This document shows, one piece after another, positions 46,171 through 55,540 of a stretch of DNA of 64,000 bases. The DNA is from Candidatus Pacearchaeota archaeon. Lineage in GTDB: Archaea; Nanobdellota; Nanobdellia; Pacearchaeales; GW2011-AR1. The notes beneath the pieces were generated by a model that was given only the letters and a program-made list of their open reading frames with translations, searched no databases and had not been told where the DNA came from. Every line of letters begins with the position of its first letter. The stretch's first letter is position 1. Made by a program: the position numbers and the translations under genes. Where the stretch lies: assembly GCA_023144035.1 (NCBI GenBank), contig JAGLGM010000001.1:135422-199421 (forward strand), read 5' to 3'.

Positions 46171-47541
46171 ATGGTGAAAGAAAAAGGTATAACAAAGCTC
46201 AAACATCAAGCAAGAAGATATAGCATTAAAGAAGGTGTCTTTTCATCTGCAAAAATCTCTTTTGGAGATAGATTTATCCATCCTTTTGCAATAGCCATCA
46301 ACACTAGTAATCCTTTAGTTGCATTATTAACATCTATTTCTGGATTATTAGGTCCTTTAAGTCAACTAATAAGTGCTCAAAAGTTTGAAAAATTCTCAAG
46401 AAAAAAAGTAATCATGTTTTCTGTTTTATTAGAATCTCTTATGTGGTTACCTTTTATTGTAATTGCTATTTTATTTTCTAAAGGAATTATAACAAGTCTC
46501 CTACCTATTTTATTATTATTTTCATTCTCAATTTATATTATAATGGTCAATGCTTCACATCCACACTGGTTTTCATGGATGGGAGATCTTGTTGATGAAA
46601 AATATCGTGGACGTTGGTTTTCAAAAAGAAATTTATTAGTAGGTGTTACAGCAGTAATTTTATCTATTTTTGCTTCTATTTTCCTAGATTATTTTAAAAA
46701 AATTGATTTAGCTATGATTGGTTTTGTTATCTTGTTCTCATTAGCTCTTATTTCTAGATTAATCTCTTGGTTTATTTTCAAAAAACAATATGAACCAAAA
46801 TTTAAATTTAAAAAAGAAAATTATTTTTCCTTTTGGCAATTTCTAAAACAAGCCCCTAAAAATAATTTTGGAAAATTTGTTATATTTAGAGCATCGTATG
46901 CATTTGCAGGAAGTATGGCTGGAGCAGTTTGGGCGATTTATTTGTTAAGATATTTAGAATTCAATTACTTTACTTATATGATAATTTTAATTTCAGAAAT
47001 TGTATTTTCCTTATTGCTTATTGGATTATGGGGGAAAATTGCAGACAAATATGGAAACTATAAAGTTTTAATTATAACAACTTTAATTCTTCCAATAATT
47101 CCTATTTTATGGGTTTTGCATCCTTCTCCAATATATTTAATATTTGTTCCAGCATTAATAGGAGGTGTTGCTTGGGGTGGTTTTGCTTTAGCTACTGGAA
47201 ACTTTATTTATGACAATGTTGGAAAACAAAAAAGAAGTTTAGCAGTTTCTTATTATACTATGTTATGGGGAATTGGAGTATTTGTAGGGGCAGGAATCTC
47301 AGCATTATTAATAAAATATCTCCCAACTTGGATTTTTGAACCAATAATTACAATCTTTATAATTAGTTCAATCGCAAGAATGATTGCAGTAGCATGGTGG
47401 GTTCCTAAATTAAAAGAAGTAAGAAAAACAAAAAAATTAAATTCAAAAAAACTTAAAAAAACAATTCTTAAAGAAATAAAACCTTCCTTAATAGAAGAAG
47501 CACATCAAATTAGTTCTTTAGGTCATTATTTAAAAGAATAA
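46171..47541 (+). CDS. MFS-type transporter
   Basis: About 12 TM helices in two halves separated by a basic loop. Confidence 0.55.
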   Translation: MVKEKGITKLKHQARRYSIKEGVFSSAKISFGDRFIHPFAIAINTSNPLVALLTSISGLLGPLSQLISAQKFEKFSRKKVIMFSVLLESLMWLPFIVIAILFSKGIITSLLPILLLFSFSIYIIMVNASHPHWFSWMGDLVDEKYRGRWFSKRNLLVGVTAVILSIFASIFLDYFKKIDLAMIGFVILFSLALISRLISWFIFKKQYEPKFKFKKENYFSFWQFLKQAPKNNFGKFVIFRASYAFAGSMAGAVWAIYLLRYLEFNYFTYMIILISEIVFSLLLIGLWGKIADKYGNYKVLIITTLILPIIPILWVLHPSPIYLIFVPALIGGVAWGGFALATGNFIYDNVGKQKRSLAVSYYTMLWGIGVFVGAGISALLIKYLPTWIFEPIITIFIISSIARMIAVAWWVPKLKEVRKTKKLNSKKLKKTILKEIKPSLIEEAHQISSLGHYLKE

Positions 47542-47575
47542 CAAATTATTTAAACAAAATCTAATAAAGAAACTT

Positions 47576-48214
47576 ATGATAAAAAAGAAATGTAAAAAAT
47601 GTGGAGAAAAAGTAAATCTTAAAAGTAAATTTTGTTCAAATTGTGGAATTCCTTTTAAAAAAACAAATTCAGAAGATTGGGGAATGCTTGGAAGAAATGA
47701 TTTTCAAGAACAAAATCTTTCTTCAAACTCTCTCTTAGATAATTTTACAGGAAATATGTTTAATAAAATGTTAGGAGGTGCTATGAAAATGTTAGAAAAA
47801 GAAATGAAAAAAGAAATATCAAGGGAAAATATTCAACCTAGGACAAACGTTAGATTAATGATAAACGGAAAAGAAATAAATTTAAAAAATGTTGAACAAA
47901 AAAAACAAGTTGAAAATGAAAAAGAAATCTTAAATGAATTTCCAAAAAAAAGTTTAAAGAAATTTGCAGAACTTCCAAAAAAAGAGCCAAAAACAAGTGT
48001 AAAAAGATTATCAAATACAGTTATATATGAAATAATTATGCCAGGAGTTAAAACATTAGAAAATTTATCAATTGTTAAATTAGAAAATAGTATTGAAATT
48101 AAAGCAGTTGCAAAAAATAAAGCATATTTTAAATTAATTCCAGTAAATCTCTCTATAATAAATTATAAATTAGAAAAAGACATATTAATCCTTGAACTTA
48201 AGGCAAAAAACTAG
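47576..48214 (+). CDS. zinc-ribbon protein with a C-terminal Hsp20/alpha-crystallin-like domain (tentative)
   Basis: CKKCG..CSNCG ribbon; C-terminal beta-sandwich-like IYEIIMPGVKTLENLSIVKLENSIEIKAV. Confidence 0.4.
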   Translation: MIKKKCKKCGEKVNLKSKFCSNCGIPFKKTNSEDWGMLGRNDFQEQNLSSNSLLDNFTGNMFNKMLGGAMKMLEKEMKKEISRENIQPRTNVRLMINGKEINLKNVEQKKQVENEKEILNEFPKKSLKKFAELPKKEPKTSVKRLSNTVIYEIIMPGVKTLENLSIVKLENSIEIKAVAKNKAYFKLIPVNLSIINYKLEKDILILELKAKN

Positions 48215-48223
48215 ATAAAAACC

Positions 48224-48231
48224 TTTAAATA
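48224..48231 (+). promoter_or_regulatory. TATA box TTTAAATA at -31..-24 of tRNA-Ile
   Basis: Same sequence and spacing as upstream of tRNA-Asn. Confidence 0.5.
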
Positions 48232-48254
48232 ATCCTTCTCAATCAGATATTCAT

Positions 48255-48329
48255 GAGGCTGTAGCTCAGCCTGGTTAGAGCACTACTCTGATAAGGTAGG
48301 GGTCCACGGTTCAAATCCGTGCAGCCTCA
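48255..48329 (+). tRNA. tRNA-Ile (GAU)
   Basis: Hand-folded cloverleaf: acceptor GAGGCTG/CAGCCTC, anticodon loop CTGATAA, T arm CACGG-TTCAAAT-CCGTG. Confidence 0.9.
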
Positions 48330-48427
48330 TTTAATTAACTTTAAATACCTCAAATAAATAAGATTAAAATGGAAAGACAAAAAATCTCTTCCATTTTTAG
48401 CTCATTTGCTAAAAGGAAATTTATCAA

Positions 48428-48997
48428 ATGAAAGGAATGTATCATCAAATAAGAGAAGCTTGGAAAAAACCAGACAAAAAAGTACTTAGAGAAAGAATGA
48501 TAGAATGGAGAAAGTCTGGAGTTTTTACAAAAGTTGAAAACCCTTTAAGATTAGATAGAGCCAGAGCTCTTGGATACAAAGCTAAAAAAGGTTTTGTAAT
48601 AATTAGAATAAGACTTAAAAGAGGAGGTCATAAAAGACCAAGACCAAACAAAGGAAGAAGAAGTAAAAGACTACACACTAAAAAAACTCTAAAAATGAGT
48701 TATAAATGGATTGCCGAACAAAGAGTTGAAAGAAAATATAAAAATTTAGAAGTTTTAAATTCATATTTAATTGGAAAAGATGGAATTCATTGTTTTTATG
48801 AAGTAATTTGTGTTGACTCAAGTAAACCAGAAATTAAAAATGATAAAACAATGAGTTGGATTGGAAAAGGTGCAAACAAAAAAAGAGCAATGAGAGGATT
48901 AACTTCTGCTGCTAAAAAATCAAGAGGATTAAGAAATAAACATCCAACTTCAAAAGTTAGACCTAGTGTAAGAGCTGGTAAAAGAAGAGGGAAATAA
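48428..48997 (+). CDS. rpl15e: 50S ribosomal protein L15e
   Basis: MYHQIREAWKKP.., RLDRARALGYKAKKGFVIIRIRLKRGG. Confidence 0.9.
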   Translation: MKGMYHQIREAWKKPDKKVLRERMIEWRKSGVFTKVENPLRLDRARALGYKAKKGFVIIRIRLKRGGHKRPRPNKGRRSKRLHTKKTLKMSYKWIAEQRVERKYKNLEVLNSYLIGKDGIHCFYEVICVDSSKPEIKNDKTMSWIGKGANKKRAMRGLTSAAKKSRGLRNKHPTSKVRPSVRAGKRRGK

Positions 48998-49272
48998 TGA
49001 CTCATAACAAAAAACATTTTACAACAGAACAAGCAAAAGAAATTGGTGAACAATTAGGAATTAATTGGGATAAATTTAATGTTGAACAATTTAGACATGG
49101 AATGGATATTGAACTAGAACATGGAACAGAAAACCAAGTTACAAATGTTACAAATGATAATCCATTAACAACAGGTAAAATTACCTTAGCTCATTTAAAT
49201 GAATTTCCAGATTATTATGATAGATTAGATAAGATGGAAAAAGAAGCTGAAGAATTTTGGGCTAACAAATAA
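48997..49272 (+). CDS. conserved hypothetical protein (DUF5661-like)
   Basis: MDIELEHG..TNVTNDNPLTTGKITLAHLNEFPDYYDRL. Confidence 0.45.
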   Translation: MTHNKKHFTTEQAKEIGEQLGINWDKFNVEQFRHGMDIELEHGTENQVTNVTNDNPLTTGKITLAHLNEFPDYYDRLDKMEKEAEEFWANK

Positions 49273-49309
49273 ACCTAACTCTTAAAAACATTATTTTCTT
49301 TGATTATTC

Positions 49310-49564
49310 ATGGTGATAAATATTTTTCACATAATAGCCATAATAGGTTTAATGTCAATAATTTCTGGAACATTTATGGTTTGTATGAAAAAAACCATTA
49401 GAAGAAAATATACTTATCCTTTGCTGATTTTAGGAGGAGCATGTTTATTTATTTATAGTATTTATATTAATGATTTAATTTTTATAATTCTTCAAGGAAT
49501 ATTTATAATATCCTCAATTTATGGATTAATTAGAATAAATGAAAGGCATGGAAACAAATTCTAA
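49310..49564 (+). CDS. small 3-TM membrane protein
   Basis: Three hydrophobic helices in 84 aa. Confidence 0.4.
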   Translation: MVINIFHIIAIIGLMSIISGTFMVCMKKTIRRKYTYPLLILGGACLFIYSIYINDLIFIILQGIFIISSIYGLIRINERHGNKF

Positions 49565-49642
49565 TCCCAATCCTTAAAAACATACTATCATCTCTCAATT
49601 AAATGGAAACATATATAAACAACTGTAAACATATATTTCCAC

Positions 49643-50173
49643 ATGGAAACAAAAATAAACATTCTCAAGGAATTTTTTGAGGATCCAAATAAAGAATTTC
49701 ATATTAGAGAATTAGCAAGAATTCTAAAAACAAACCACACAAAGATTAGAAACCATTTAAATAACTTGGTGAAAAAGAATTACCTAGAAAAAAGAGAAGA
49801 TAGAACATATACTCTTTACAAAGCAAAAATCAATAAACAATTTTCAAATTTAAAACTGTATTATAATTTAGAAAAATTAAGAAACTCAAAAATAATAGAA
49901 AATTTAGAAGAATTTTATAATCTACCAACAATAATTTTATTTGGAAGTTATTCAAAAGCTATAGACGATAAAAAAAGCGACATAGATATTTTCATTATAA
50001 GCAACATCAAAGAAAAATTTAAAACTGAAAAATATGAAAAATATTTAAAAAAAGAAATTAGTATATTTTTACACACAAAAAAAGAATTTGAAAAATTAAA
50101 ACAAAATTCCAAAGAATTAATAAATAGTGTTGCCAATGGAATAATATTATCAGGACAATTTGAGGTAATTTAA
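49643..50173 (+). CDS. wHTH plus minimal nucleotidyltransferase (MNT) domain protein
   Basis: ILFGSYSKAIDDKKSDIDIFII (GS..DxD NTase motif). Confidence 0.7.
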   Translation: METKINILKEFFEDPNKEFHIRELARILKTNHTKIRNHLNNLVKKNYLEKREDRTYTLYKAKINKQFSNLKLYYNLEKLRNSKIIENLEEFYNLPTIILFGSYSKAIDDKKSDIDIFIISNIKEKFKTEKYEKYLKKEISIFLHTKKEFEKLKQNSKELINSVANGIILSGQFEVI

Positions 50174-50565
50174 TGGATCTAAAACAAAATATAAAAAAAA
50201 TAAGTAAAGATAAAATAAGGGCAAAAAGTTTAGACAAAATGTCTAAAGATTCATTAAAAATATTAAAATTAATAAAATTACAAGATGCTCCAAACATAAT
50301 CTTCAGAGAATTATATGAAGCATTAAGGCAAGAAATAGAATCAATTGGTTACTTAAAAGGATACAAATTCAGATCCCACGAAGCAATAACAATTTTTTTA
50401 CAAGAAGGATTAAAAGAAAAGAAAATATCTTCTATTTTTGACAGATACAGAATTATTAGAAATAAATTAAATTATTATGGGAAACCAGTCCATAAAGAAA
50501 CAGTAAAAGAAGCAGCAAAAGAAATTCCAAAAATAATAAAATATTTACAAAAACATAAAAAATGA
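50173..50565 (+). CDS. HEPN-like partner of the MNT protein
   Basis: Helical, 130 aa, with RYRIIRNKLNYYG (R-x-x-RN HEPN-type motif lacking the His). TAATG overlap with the MNT gene. Confidence 0.5.
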   Translation: MDLKQNIKKISKDKIRAKSLDKMSKDSLKILKLIKLQDAPNIIFRELYEALRQEIESIGYLKGYKFRSHEAITIFLQEGLKEKKISSIFDRYRIIRNKLNYYGKPVHKETVKEAAKEIPKIIKYLQKHKK

Positions 50566-52274
50566 ATTATAAAAAACTCGCAGAACTTTATGAAGAAGTA
50601 TCAAGTACAACAAAACGTCTTGAAAAAATAGATATTCTTTCTAAATTTTTAAAATCACTAAAAAAAGAAGATTCAAATATTCTTTATTTAATTGAAGGAA
50701 ATATTTATCCAGATTATGATGAAAGAAAAACAGGAATAAGTAATCAATTAGCAATAAAAGCAATCTCAAAAGCTACAGGAACAGATTCAAAAAAAGTTGT
50801 TCAAGAATGGAAAACCGTAGGAGATATTGGAAAAGTAGCTGAAAAATTAACAAAACAAAAAAAACAATCAACATTACATAGCCATATTTTAACAACTGAA
50901 AAAGTTTTAGAAAATTTAAGAAAACTTCCAGAACTTGTAGGTAAAGGAACAGTAAACAAAAAACTTGCTTTAATTACAGAACTTTTAACTTCTGCTTCAC
51001 CAACAGAAGCATTATATTTAGTAAGGACACTTATAGGAGATTTAAGAATAGGTGTTCAAGAATCTACAATTAAATATGGTATGCTTAAAGCATTCTTTAA
51101 AAATAATAAAGAATACGAAGATAAAATACAAAGAGCAATAGATAATTCAAATGATTTAGCAATTGTATTTCAAATCGCTAGAAAAGGAAAAATCAAAGAA
51201 TTAGAACAAATACATCTTGAAGTTGGAAAACCTATCAAAGCTATGCTTGCTCAAAAAGCAAAAGATATTGAAGATGCTTTTAAAAAACTTGGAAAACCAA
51301 TGGCAATTGAATATAAATATGATGGATTTAGGCTCTTAATACATAAAGCAAATAATAAAATTTCTCTTTTTACAAGAAGCTTAGAAAATGTAACTAAACA
51401 ATTTCCAGAAGTAGAAGAATATATTAAAAAATTCATAAAAGGAGATTCTTTTATATTAGATTCAGAAGCAGTAGGATATGATAAGAAAACAAAAAATTAT
51501 ACTGATTTTCAAAAAATTTCTCAAAGAATTAGAAGAAAATACCACATTGAAAAATTACAAAAAGACCTTCCAGTTGAAATAAATGTTTTTGATGTTTTAT
51601 CTTATAATGGAAAATCCCAAATAGATGTGCCTTTTAAAAAAAGAAGGAAATTGATTGAAAAAATTTTAACAAATCATCCTTACAAATTAATTTCTTCAAA
51701 ACATAAAATAACTTCAAGTAAAAAAGAAGTTGAAGAATTTTATAAAAAAGCACTAAAAGATAAACAAGAAGGAATAATGATGAAAAATTTAGAAGCAGAA
51801 TATAAACCAGGAAGAAGAGTAGGCCATATGTTAAAACTTAAACCAGAAACAAATGAACTAGACCTTGTAATTACAGGTGGAGAATGGGGAGCTGGAAAAA
51901 GAGCAGGATGGATATCTTCATTTATTCTTTCATGTAGAAAAGGAAATAAATATTTAGAAATAGGAAAAGTAGGAACAGGAATCTTAGAAAAAGAAACAGA
52001 AAATAGTAAAATAACTTTTGGAAATTTAACAAAATTATTAAAACCTTTAATTATAGAAGAAAAAGGAAAATCAATAAAAATAAAACCAAAAATTGTAGTA
52101 ACAATAACATATCAAGATCTTCAAAAATCTCCAAATTATGAATCTAAATGGGCACTAAGATTTCCAAGAATAACTTTGTTAAGAGAAGACAAACCTCTTT
52201 CAGAAATAGCAACTTTAGATGAAATAGAAGATGATTTTAAAAATTCAAAACATCAGAATTATCGTTATGGTTAA
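50562..52274 (+). CDS. lig: ATP-dependent DNA ligase
   Basis: Adenylation motif I EYKYDGFR, motifs SEAV and MMKNL, C-terminal OB domain. Confidence 0.95.
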   Translation: MNYKKLAELYEEVSSTTKRLEKIDILSKFLKSLKKEDSNILYLIEGNIYPDYDERKTGISNQLAIKAISKATGTDSKKVVQEWKTVGDIGKVAEKLTKQKKQSTLHSHILTTEKVLENLRKLPELVGKGTVNKKLALITELLTSASPTEALYLVRTLIGDLRIGVQESTIKYGMLKAFFKNNKEYEDKIQRAIDNSNDLAIVFQIARKGKIKELEQIHLEVGKPIKAMLAQKAKDIEDAFKKLGKPMAIEYKYDGFRLLIHKANNKISLFTRSLENVTKQFPEVEEYIKKFIKGDSFILDSEAVGYDKKTKNYTDFQKISQRIRRKYHIEKLQKDLPVEINVFDVLSYNGKSQIDVPFKKRRKLIEKILTNHPYKLISSKHKITSSKKEVEEFYKKALKDKQEGIMMKNLEAEYKPGRRVGHMLKLKPETNELDLVITGGEWGAGKRAGWISSFILSCRKGNKYLEIGKVGTGILEKETENSKITFGNLTKLLKPLIIEEKGKSIKIKPKIVVTITYQDLQKSPNYESKWALRFPRITLLREDKPLSEIATLDEIEDDFKNSKHQNYRYG

Positions 52275-53020
52275 AAATCTCCATCATAACAACCACCAGA
52301 ACTTTTATGAATTACCTTAAAAGGCATCAATAAATTAACAACACTCTTCAAAGTTTCTGTACTAAATTCAGATTTTTCTTCCCCGATAATTAATGGATTT
52401 ATATTTTTATTACGTAAAATATTAATTTCCGCCATTTTATAATTTTGAGGATGTTCTTTCTTTTTCAAAATCTCATATGCTATATTTTCATTTAAAATAT
52501 TAACACAATGATTAAAAGTAGAAATATTATCTCCTTTATTTTTTATAACATATGTTTGAGGACTTAAAAATGAAGCCATTGTAGGCCAACCTCCTCCTGA
52601 ATCTTCTTTAACATTGGAAAAATCAATAAAGGAGTTATCCCTTAAATTTAAATTCATTAATTCGTTTAAAACAGATAAATATGTTCCTTTTAATTGAGGA
52701 CTAAAATCTAATTTATATTCATCTTTTTTTCTTGCTTTACGATAATTAGATTGTCCAATTTTTCCATCTATCCATTTATGATTTCCAACATATTTATGCA
52801 ATTCTTCTCTTGCTTTTGGATTAATAAAAACCTGAAAAACAGAATAAGACATATCCTTTTCTAAAAGAGAATCTAAACCCTGTCTCAAATCATTTTTTTC
52901 AACATGGGCTGTATTGCTTCCTAAACCTGTTTCATAATAGTTAGGAAAATCTAATTTTGCAATCCCTTTTTCATCATACTTTATTTCAAAAGTATTCTCT
53001 CCATGAATTCCCATAAACAA
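52271..53020 (-). CDS. hypothetical protein (249 aa)
   Basis: ORF only. Confidence 0.4.
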   Translation of the reverse strand: MFMGIHGENTFEIKYDEKGIAKLDFPNYYETGLGSNTAHVEKNDLRQGLDSLLEKDMSYSVFQVFINPKAREELHKYVGNHKWIDGKIGQSNYRKARKKDEYKLDFSPQLKGTYLSVLNELMNLNLRDNSFIDFSNVKEDSGGGWPTMASFLSPQTYVIKNKGDNISTFNHCVNILNENIAYEILKKKEHPQNYKMAEINILRNKNINPLIIGEEKSEFSTETLKSVVNLLMPFKVIHKSSGGCYDGDF

Positions 53021-53102
53021 TCTAAAATAAATCCTCTTATAAAGATTATCTCAATACAAACCATATATATAAAAATTTAAACTCTAACACCTTTAATTTC
53101 AC

Positions 53103-54191
53103 ATGAGAAAATCACCTTCCATGCAAAATTATCTTTCCCTTGTAATAAAATTAGTTCTTGTATTGTCTATTTTAAATGCTGTTTATAATGAATCTTGGCA
53201 CATGGTATCCACAAATATTTTTCTATTAGTTTTAATGTTTCTTCCACAACTTGTAAAAAAATATGAAATTAAAATCCCAGTAACTCTTGAATGGGCTTTA
53301 TTTGTTTTTGTAATTATTACTTTATTTTTAGGGAAAGCAGGAGGAATTATAGCTCCAATAGTTTTTGGAATAGCAGTAGCATTTATTGGATTATTAATTT
53401 TAGCAATATTATATACAAGTAATCAAATAAAGAAAAATTATTTTTTAATAACACTTTTTTCTTTTAATTTTGCTGTTACTTTTGGAGCAGTATTAGAACT
53501 TTTAAAATTCTTCTTAAAAACTCTTGCAGGACATAGTATCTCTAAAGAATTATATCTTTACACTATGAGAAATCTTTTATTTGTAATAATCGGAGCAGCA
53601 ATAGCAGCACTCATAGGTTTAATTTATATGAAAGGATATTTAGGAACAAAAAAAATTGCTAAAGCTTTTCTAAAATTAAATCCAAAATTTTCAAGAAAAA
53701 CAGATGAAGAAGAAATCTTTGAATTTACTACAAAAGAAGAAAGTGAAAAATTAGAGTTTAAAGCAACATTAAGAACAAACCTTCATACAAATGAATTTGA
53801 TAAAAAAATTGAATATTCGGTTCTAAAAACAATTGTTGCTTTTTTAAATTCAAATGGAGGAAATCTCTTAATAGGTGTTTCAAATAAAGGAGAAATATTG
53901 GGACTTAAAGCAGATAAATTTGAAGACAAAGATAAATTCACATTACATTTAACAAATATAATAAAAGAAAAAATAGGTAAAAAACATTTTCATTTAATCA
54001 ATTTTAAAATGCTTAATTTTAAAGGAAAATCAGTTATGAAAGTTACTTGTAAAAAAGCAAGCAAAGAAGTATTTCTAAAACCAACTCCAAAAGAAGAGGA
54101 CTTTTACATAAGAGTAGGACCTTCAAATAACCAACTTGTTGGAAGTGAATTAATAGAATATGTTGATAAAATATTTAAGAAGAGGAAGTAA
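53103..54191 (+). CDS. polytopic membrane protein fused to an AlbA_2 (Schlafen-type) domain
   Basis: About six TM helices, then ESEKLEFKATL..VLKTIVAFLNSNGGNLLIGVSNKGEILGL. Confidence 0.5.
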   Translation: MRKSPSMQNYLSLVIKLVLVLSILNAVYNESWHMVSTNIFLLVLMFLPQLVKKYEIKIPVTLEWALFVFVIITLFLGKAGGIIAPIVFGIAVAFIGLLILAILYTSNQIKKNYFLITLFSFNFAVTFGAVLELLKFFLKTLAGHSISKELYLYTMRNLLFVIIGAAIAALIGLIYMKGYLGTKKIAKAFLKLNPKFSRKTDEEEIFEFTTKEESEKLEFKATLRTNLHTNEFDKKIEYSVLKTIVAFLNSNGGNLLIGVSNKGEILGLKADKFEDKDKFTLHLTNIIKEKIGKKHFHLINFKMLNFKGKSVMKVTCKKASKEVFLKPTPKEEDFYIRVGPSNNQLVGSELIEYVDKIFKKRK

Positions 54192-54450
54192 AATGTATAA
54201 ATTATTCACTGCAAATTCAAAGGCAGAAAAAAGTCTAAGAAAATATATTAAACTTCAAAGCAATATTAAAAATAAATTAGACAAATTAAAAGAAAATCCT
54301 AAAAGAACAATTGGAGCTCATCCTCTTCACGGAAAATTAAAAGGTAAATGGGCATGCTGGCTTGGTTCAAATATTCGAGCAATTTATATAATTAATGAAA
54401 AAGAAAAATCAATAATTATTCAAGCTATTGGAACACACAAAATTTACTAA
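54160..54450 (+). CDS. RelE/ParE-family toxin
   Basis: LKENPKRTIGAHPLHGKLKGKWACWLGSNIRAIYIINEKEKSIIIQAIGTHKIY. The probable start is the ATG at 54193. Confidence 0.6.
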   Translation: MLIKYLRRGSKMYKLFTANSKAEKSLRKYIKLQSNIKNKLDKLKENPKRTIGAHPLHGKLKGKWACWLGSNIRAIYIINEKEKSIIIQAIGTHKIY

Positions 54451-54674
54451 TATTTAAATTCTTTAATCTTACCTTTTTTTATATTCTTTTCACTTGCTTT
54501 AATTTGAGCTATTAAATCTTTATCATTAAGAATCTCCTTCTCTTCCAAAACTCTTATTTTATCTCTAAGAGCTTCACGAATAAATTCTGCTTTAGTCATA
54601 TAATTATGTTTTTTCATAACTTTGTTTATTGCTAACAAAAAATTCTGTTCTAATTTTAAACTCACACTTTCCAT
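54447..54674 (-). CDS. ribbon-helix-helix protein
   Basis: VSLKLEQNFLLAINKVMKKHNYMTKAEFIREALRDKI. Confidence 0.5.
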   Translation of the reverse strand: MESVSLKLEQNFLLAINKVMKKHNYMTKAEFIREALRDKIRVLEEKEILNDKDLIAQIKASEKNIKKGKIKEFKY

Positions 54675-54843
54675 GTGATACTAAGTAATACTAAGTAGTA
54701 TTTAAAGTTTTTGCATATTTTTAAATAAATTAAAATAATCCTCGTCGAAGCCTTTATAAACTGAAATTTTTACAAATTTCGTAAAAATAAACCATCTTAA
54801 GAAGCTTTATAAAGGAATTTGACTAATATTTTACTAACATAAA

Positions 54844-55404
54844 ATGGTAAAATCAGTTAGCAATTACAAGATCCAAAATATAGTTGCTACAACTTCATTA
54901 GAAAAACCTATTCCTTTAACAAAATTAGCAAGAACACAACCAAATACAGAATATAATCCTGAAACATTTCCTGGTTTAGTTTTAAGAGTAAAAGAACCAA
55001 AATCAGCTGTTTTAGTATTTTCATCAGGAAATTTAGTATGTACAGGTACAAAATCAGTTTCTCAAGTTAGACAAGTTATCCAAGCTGTTATAAAACAACT
55101 AAAGAAAATTAGTGTAAATATAACTATAAAACCAAAAATAACAGTTCAAAATATTGTTGCCTCTGGAACTATTGATTTAAAACTTAATCTTAATTTTCTA
55201 GCATTAGAAATGGAAAACACAGAATATGAACCAGAACAATTCCCTGGTTTAGTATATAAATTAATTGAACCAAATGCTACTTTCTTGTTATTTAGTAATG
55301 GAAAATTAGTATGTACAGGTACAAAAAACAAACAACAACTTGAAGACAGCATGACTCAATTATTAAAGAATGTTAAAGCTGCTTTAAAGAACTACAAAAA
55401 GTAG
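54844..55404 (+). CDS. tbp: TATA-box binding protein
   Basis: Two direct TBP repeats (IQNIVAT..FPGLVLRV..SGNLVCTG and VQNIVAS..FPGLVYKL..NGKLVCTG). Confidence 0.95.
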   Translation: MVKSVSNYKIQNIVATTSLEKPIPLTKLARTQPNTEYNPETFPGLVLRVKEPKSAVLVFSSGNLVCTGTKSVSQVRQVIQAVIKQLKKISVNITIKPKITVQNIVASGTIDLKLNLNFLALEMENTEYEPEQFPGLVYKLIEPNATFLLFSNGKLVCTGTKNKQQLEDSMTQLLKNVKAALKNYKK

Positions 55405-55540
55405 GGATTTAATGAAAAATCTTTGATTTTGCTTTAAAGAATTATAAAAAATAATTTACTCCTCAAAAATAACTCTTCTATTCTAAAACTACTTTATAAT
55501 ATATATAAATCTATAAAAACTCAGACTCTATTTTCTAATT

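Noticed and set aside
48369-48431. 20-codon upstream ORF (MERQKISSIFSSFAKRKFIK) whose TGA overlaps the L15e ATG
   Set aside because: It is plausible as a leader given the TATA box at 48339, but too short to support as a gene without data.
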